Source: Cyanobacteriota bacterium (GTDB lineage Bacteria > Cyanobacteriota > Cyanobacteriia > Cyanobacteriales > Nostocaceae). From it: a stretch of DNA of 64,000 bases. The stretch is taken from contig JBJOKS010000007.1 of NCBI GenBank assembly GCA_046045965.1, positions 1 through 64,000 on the forward strand, in the 5' to 3' direction. Of the stretch, positions 59,971 through 64,000 are shown in pieces; positions within the stretch are counted from its first letter, which is position 1, and the number at the start of each line of letters is the position of its first letter. The notes beneath the pieces are model-generated. The model was given only the letters and a program-made list of their open reading frames with translations, was not told where the DNA came from and ran no database searches. The translations under genes and the position numbers were made by a program.

Positions 59971-60126
59971 GATCAGTCCTTAACCTTCCTAAAATGTGAC
60001 ACGCGGCTACTCGACTGCTAATAGTTTACAAATGTTTAAGATCATAATTTAACTAATTTTTACCAAAAAATCCGGGAAGATTGAAAGTTAATTCGTTTCC
60101 GAGTTGAAAAAAAGTATAAATACTCA

Positions 60127-60171
60127 GAAGGCAGGAGGCAGGAGGCAGAAGGCAAAAGGCAGAAGGCAGGA
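60127..60171. repeat. STRR (AGGCAGR)n
   Basis: Heptamer tandem repeat. Confidence 0.8.
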
Positions 60172-60218
60172 AGTAATATATTATTCTCCTCTATTCCTGA
60201 TTCCCAATTCCCACTCTT

Positions 60219-60644
60219 ATGCCGATCTTGCAAAGAATTCCTTGGTTTTCCCTAACACTCTTGCTTCTCAGTTATAGTACCTTGGGCTGGGTGATATCCG
60301 AAACCAAACCCCCCTGGTTTGTGTGGGTAATACTTGTATTTGCTATCTTGCTGCTACTAGCCAGCTTGACTACTCCCTGGTCAAAAATAGCAGAGTATTA
60401 CAGCATCTTATTTCAATCCAATCTCAGGAGTTTTGGTATCACTGTTTTAGCGGCCTTCCTCTTCTTTTTAATGCTCTCTTGGTTTCGGGTCTTTCTGGAT
60501 ACTTTACTCATGATTTCAGCGACCATCTTAGCCAAGATAGACTTTCAGGCGGCTGAGTTCAAAGCAGGGTTAACTTTTTGGGTTACTTCTTTTTTTGCAC
60601 TCTCAGGTTTAGCCGCAGGAGCTTTATTTTCCAGGTTTATATAG
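60219..60644 (+). CDS. Hypothetical membrane protein
   Basis: 4-5 TM helices. Confidence 0.75.
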   Translation: MPILQRIPWFSLTLLLLSYSTLGWVISETKPPWFVWVILVFAILLLLASLTTPWSKIAEYYSILFQSNLRSFGITVLAAFLFFLMLSWFRVFLDTLLMISATILAKIDFQAAEFKAGLTFWVTSFFALSGLAAGALFSRFI

Positions 60645-60656
60645 GTTTCTTTGTGG

Positions 60657-60715
60657 TAATTCATAATTCACAATTAATTCTTCAATTATGAATTATGAAT
60701 TAGTAATTATGAATT
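60657..60715. repeat. Inverted STRR pair (TAATTCA)n/(TGAATTA)n, a possible bidirectional terminator
   Basis: Lies between convergent 60219 gene and rpmA. Confidence 0.6.
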
Positions 60716-60992
60716 AACTTGCTACTGCTTCAGCAGCAACAGGTGGATAAACGCTGACTTTTTTGCGGGTTTTGCCATTTCTTTCAAAAGTCACAACACC
60801 GTCAACTAACGCAAACAAGGTGTCATCACTACCGATACCCACATTATTGCCGGGGTGAAACTTAGTACCACGCTGACGTACAAGAATGTTTCCTGCACGC
60901 ACAACTTGACCACCAAAACGCTTTACACCAAGGCGTTGAGCATTAGAGTCACGACCGTTACGTGTACTACCCGTTCCTTTCTTATGAGCCAT
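60714..60992 (-). CDS. rpmA: 50S ribosomal protein L27
   Basis: [16 protein letters not shown]. Confidence 0.99.
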   Translation of the reverse strand: MAHKKGTGSTRNGRDSNAQRLGVKRFGGQVVRAGNILVRQRGTKFHPGNNVGIGSDDTLFALVDGVVTFERNGKTRKKVSVYPPVAAEAVAS

Positions 60993-61024
60993 GATTTCCT
61001 CTTAAATTTATCTACTTTTGTTTA

Positions 61025-61432
61025 TTATTCAGCAGCAGCTTCTTCAGCAGGACTGTTATCCACAACATTGGGACTTTCTGGAGAAATTGGTGCTTCTTGA
61101 TAAGCCAAAACCTCACCATTGAGGTTGATGGAATTAATCAAAAGTCTGGTAGTTTCCTGGCGATGTCCCCGTTTTTTGCGGGTTTTCTTCTTGGGTTTCA
61201 TTTTGTAGACCAGGACTTTACGACCTCTAAAGTGCCGCATCACCGTCCCTTCTACAGTTGCACCTGCCACTCGTGGCTGCCCTATAGAGACTCCGCCCTC
61301 GTGCTGCACCAGTAATACTGCGTCTATTGTAACTTTTTCATCTGGTTCGGTACTCAGCAGTTCAATGTCGTAAAACCGACCTGCTTCGACTTTTATTTGT
61401 TTACCACCAGTTTCAATAATTGCGTAGGTCAT
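61025..61432 (-). CDS. rplU: 50S ribosomal protein L21
   Basis: [14 protein letters not shown]. Confidence 0.99.
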   Translation of the reverse strand: MTYAIIETGGKQIKVEAGRFYDIELLSTEPDEKVTIDAVLLVQHEGGVSIGQPRVAGATVEGTVMRHFRGRKVLVYKMKPKKKTRKKRGHRQETTRLLINSINLNGEVLAYQEAPISPESPNVVDNSPAEEAAAE

Positions 61433-61448
61433 GAAATTGTCCTTGAAG

Positions 61449-61542
61449 TTGCCGTACAGGTAGCTGGCTTTAATCTCCTGTAGAGACTTGATTTATAGCT
61501 TTTGCCAGCTTTTGCAGTATGTCTACCTGATCCGAGCAGGAA
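61449..61542 (-). promoter_or_regulatory. Structured 5' leader of rplU-rpmA (candidate cis-regulatory RNA)
   Basis: Nested pairings CAGGTAG/CTACCTG, AGCTGGC/GCCAGCT and TCTC/GAGA. Confidence 0.45.
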
Positions 61543-61702
61543 TAAGACAGACAATCTAACATATTAGATTATTCAATGGGATTGAGTCAAGTTTTTTTTG
61601 TAAAGAATTTTCGGTAGTCGTCTTTACAATCAGAATTATGTGAAAAAATCTGTTACCATGAGTAATTTAAAAAAAATAAATAGGAGTGCTATTTAAGGTT
61701 TT

Positions 61703-62794
61703 ATGAAAAGAATTGAAGTTGAACAAAGAACGATTTTTATTGGTTTAGCAGGTAGTCACGGTTATGGTTTAAGTCGTCCTGATTCAGATTATGATTATCG
61801 GGGTGTATTTATTGCGCCTAAACGTTACTATTTGGGATTCGATAGCATAGAGCAAAAAGATAGCGGTTGGGATGAACCAGGTATATTTCCGTTTATAGAT
61901 GGTAATCAAGATACAGTTATTTATGAATTAAGGAAAGTTCTGCATTTATTAGCAGGTGCAAATCCCAATGTTTTAGAATTACTCTGGTTGCCCACCTATC
62001 CGATTTTAACAGATGTGGGACAGCATTTAATTAACCACAGAAAGCTATTTTTAAGTAAGAAAGTTAAACATACTTATTCCGGTTATGCTTTTGCACAAAT
62101 CAAAAAAATGGAAACCCATCGCAAATGGTTGTTAAACCCACCTGCGAAAAAACCCATACCGTCGGATTTTGGTATAGCAGATGAACCACCATTGAGCAAA
62201 GATGAACTCAATGCTTTTTTGGAATATCTTTATTTATTAATTAGGGGGAAAATTGAATTTTTAGAAGAAGCAGAACAGTTATACAAATTGCTGACAGCAG
62301 ATATTGATTTTAAAGGGATATTAAAACAATATGCTTTAGCTGATGAAACTTTGGCATATAGCCAAAATTTAACTAATAGTCGTAAAGACTTTATTCGCTT
62401 ACTGCAAAAAAGTCAAAGTTACCAAATTGCGTTAAGAGAATGGAAAGCTTATATATCTTGGCAGCAAAATAGAAATCCCGCTAGGGCTGAAATGGAAAGA
62501 AAGTCAGGTTATGACTTAAAACATGGAATGCACTGTATTAGATTACTGCGTAGTGGTTTAGAAATCTTGCAGAGAGGAGAAGTAATTGTAGATAGAAAAA
62601 TTGCAGGTGATGTGGATGATCTAAAAGCTATTCTCAGAGGAGAATATACCTATGAACAGTTGATGAAAATGGCGGAAGATTTAGTAGCTCAGATGGATAT
62701 TTTTTATCAACAATCAACCTTAGCACATAAACCTGATTTAGAAAAAATTAATGATTTGTGTATGGAATTAGTAGAAATGCAAGGATGGGAATAA
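61703..62794 (+). CDS. Pol-beta superfamily nucleotidyltransferase, RlaP/YcgL-like
   Basis: GSHGYG...PDSDYDYRGVF, NPNVLELL, YSGYA..Q, YD.KH.MH..RL. Confidence 0.85.
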   Translation: MKRIEVEQRTIFIGLAGSHGYGLSRPDSDYDYRGVFIAPKRYYLGFDSIEQKDSGWDEPGIFPFIDGNQDTVIYELRKVLHLLAGANPNVLELLWLPTYPILTDVGQHLINHRKLFLSKKVKHTYSGYAFAQIKKMETHRKWLLNPPAKKPIPSDFGIADEPPLSKDELNAFLEYLYLLIRGKIEFLEEAEQLYKLLTADIDFKGILKQYALADETLAYSQNLTNSRKDFIRLLQKSQSYQIALREWKAYISWQQNRNPARAEMERKSGYDLKHGMHCIRLLRSGLEILQRGEVIVDRKIAGDVDDLKAILRGEYTYEQLMKMAEDLVAQMDIFYQQSTLAHKPDLEKINDLCMELVEMQGWE

Positions 62795-62883
62795 AGGAAG
62801 CATTCAGTGAAGAATAGCTATATCCTAGACTGATGGGAAAGTTCGGTTATCTTAATAGTTGTTACATTGGGAAAATACCTGCA

Positions 62884-64000
62884 ATGAAAGGCTCATTTTT
62901 TACTCGAAATACAAGATTAATCGCCCAAAAAATTACAGAATATTGGCACTCCTTTAATAACTGGTTTTTCAACACTCCAGCAAGAGCTATATTAGAAGCT
63001 TATCAAGCTGCACAAGAGATTAAAAATATTGAGATTGAGCAATTTTGTGGACAAAAAATCTCTCCCGACTCAGGGAATTATAGTGAAAACGTGATGGCGT
63101 TTTGGCAAGGAAATCTCAATAGGAATTTAGCTATTATCAAAGTGAGACTAGCAGAATTTCAATTAGGGCTTACCTTTGCCAATAATTCAGATCCAAGCTT
63201 ATTAGAAAAGCTCAAGTTTATTGATGAGGTTATATCTAAATATAACACAGAAGTTGAACCAAATATAGAACCCTTAAACATTAATACTCAACCAGTTGAA
63301 AATCAGTCAAATGTAGTAGATAGAGATATTGTTGAGCCATCTAACACTCAAAAACTAGGTTTTTTCCCTAGTTCAATTGGTAGAACATTTAAGGTTATTA
63401 CCAAAGAATTTAGACCAAAAGCAGAAGAAGAATTTGTGATAAATTATCGAATTTCTAGAAACAGGACAAGAAGAGCAATTAAATTTTTATTACTGCTAAT
63501 TATTGTACCATTATTAAGCCAACATTTTTCTAAAGAATTATTAGTAAGACCTCTATTAAAAAACTTCATTCTTGAAAATAACACCCATTTTTTTTTGAAT
63601 TCAGAGATGGAGGAAAAAGCACTAAATGAATTAAATAAATTCGAGAAAGAATTGCAATTTCAAAAGCTATTGCATCAAGCACCAGAACTTTCCTCAGAAG
63701 AAATTGAAGCCAAGATAAAAACTAAAGCTCTGGAGATAGCCGAAGAATTTCGCTATAAAAGTAGCAGTGCTGTCAGTAATGTATTTGCTGATGTGATATC
63801 CTTAATTTCCTTTGCTATGGTTATTGTTTTCAGCCAAAAAGATATTGTTTTTGTTCAGTCGCTTCTAGATAAAATAGTCTATGGTTTAAGCGACAGTGCT
63901 AAGGCATTTTTGATTATTTTGCTAACTGATATATTCGTTGGTTTCCACTCCCCACATGGGTGGGAAATTCTTTTAGAAGGTTTAGCAGTTCATTTGGGTT
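62884..64000 (+). CDS. pcxA: Proton extrusion protein PcxA/CemA family (runs off window; not in ORF track)
   Basis: MKGSFF...TPARAILEAYQAA...IKNIE...LSDSAKAFLIILLTDIFVGFHSPHGWE; could be a paralog. Confidence 0.88.
   Translation, partial: MKGSFFTRNTRLIAQKITEYWHSFNNWFFNTPARAILEAYQAAQEIKNIEIEQFCGQKISPDSGNYSENVMAFWQGNLNRNLAIIKVRLAEFQLGLTFANNSDPSLLEKLKFIDEVISKYNTEVEPNIEPLNINTQPVENQSNVVDRDIVEPSNTQKLGFFPSSIGRTFKVITKEFRPKAEEEFVINYRISRNRTRRAIKFLLLLIIVPLLSQHFSKELLVRPLLKNFILENNTHFFLNSEMEEKALNELNKFEKELQFQKLLHQAPELSSEEIEAKIKTKALEIAEEFRYKSSSAVSNVFADVISLISFAMVIVFSQKDIVFVQSLLDKIVYGLSDSAKAFLIILLTDIFVGFHSPHGWEILLEGLAVHLG

Noticed and set aside
1..64000. Frequent GCGATCGC octamers and 7-bp tandem repeats as a novel signal
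   Set aside because: These are the known HIP1 and STRR features of cyanobacteria; used only for taxonomic placement.

Overview
AT-rich chromosomal window from a heterocyst-forming cyanobacterium (Nostocales). The assignment rests on many HIP1 octamers (GCGATCGC), 7-bp STRR tandem repeats and cyanobacteria-specific genes. Most of the window is core metabolism: gshB-grxC-hflX, a Cu-type P1B ATPase, the sufR/sufBCDS locus with two SufR operators, the pncB-nadD-nrtR-nadE NAD-salvage operon with an NrtR box, an LCP protein, queD, ndhF3-ndhD3-cupA, rnhA, a cyanobacteriochrome kinase plus c-di-GMP regulator pair, cruF-cruG, rplU-rpmA and a partial pcxA. Accessory signals are: (i) a three-gene module of a STAND-like P-loop ATPase flanked by two paralogous partners, one with and one without TPRs; (ii) a DUF559 nuclease framed by two inverted REP-like doublets, one enclosing a cargo gene; (iii) an orphan double-glycine-leader peptide next to a CAAX/Abi protease and a solo IS605 right end; (iv) two Nezha-like MITEs with 10-bp TSDs, one carrying a nested 19-nt insert; (v) 8-10-nt triple repeats in operon spacers; (vi) toxin/antitoxin remnants. 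The ORF track misses a probable atpT small gene, the hflX N-terminus (which needs an ATA or ACG start), a frameshifted Tat-lipoprotein signal and pcxA. I saw no rRNA, tRNA or CRISPR array. All family calls come from motif recognition without database searches.
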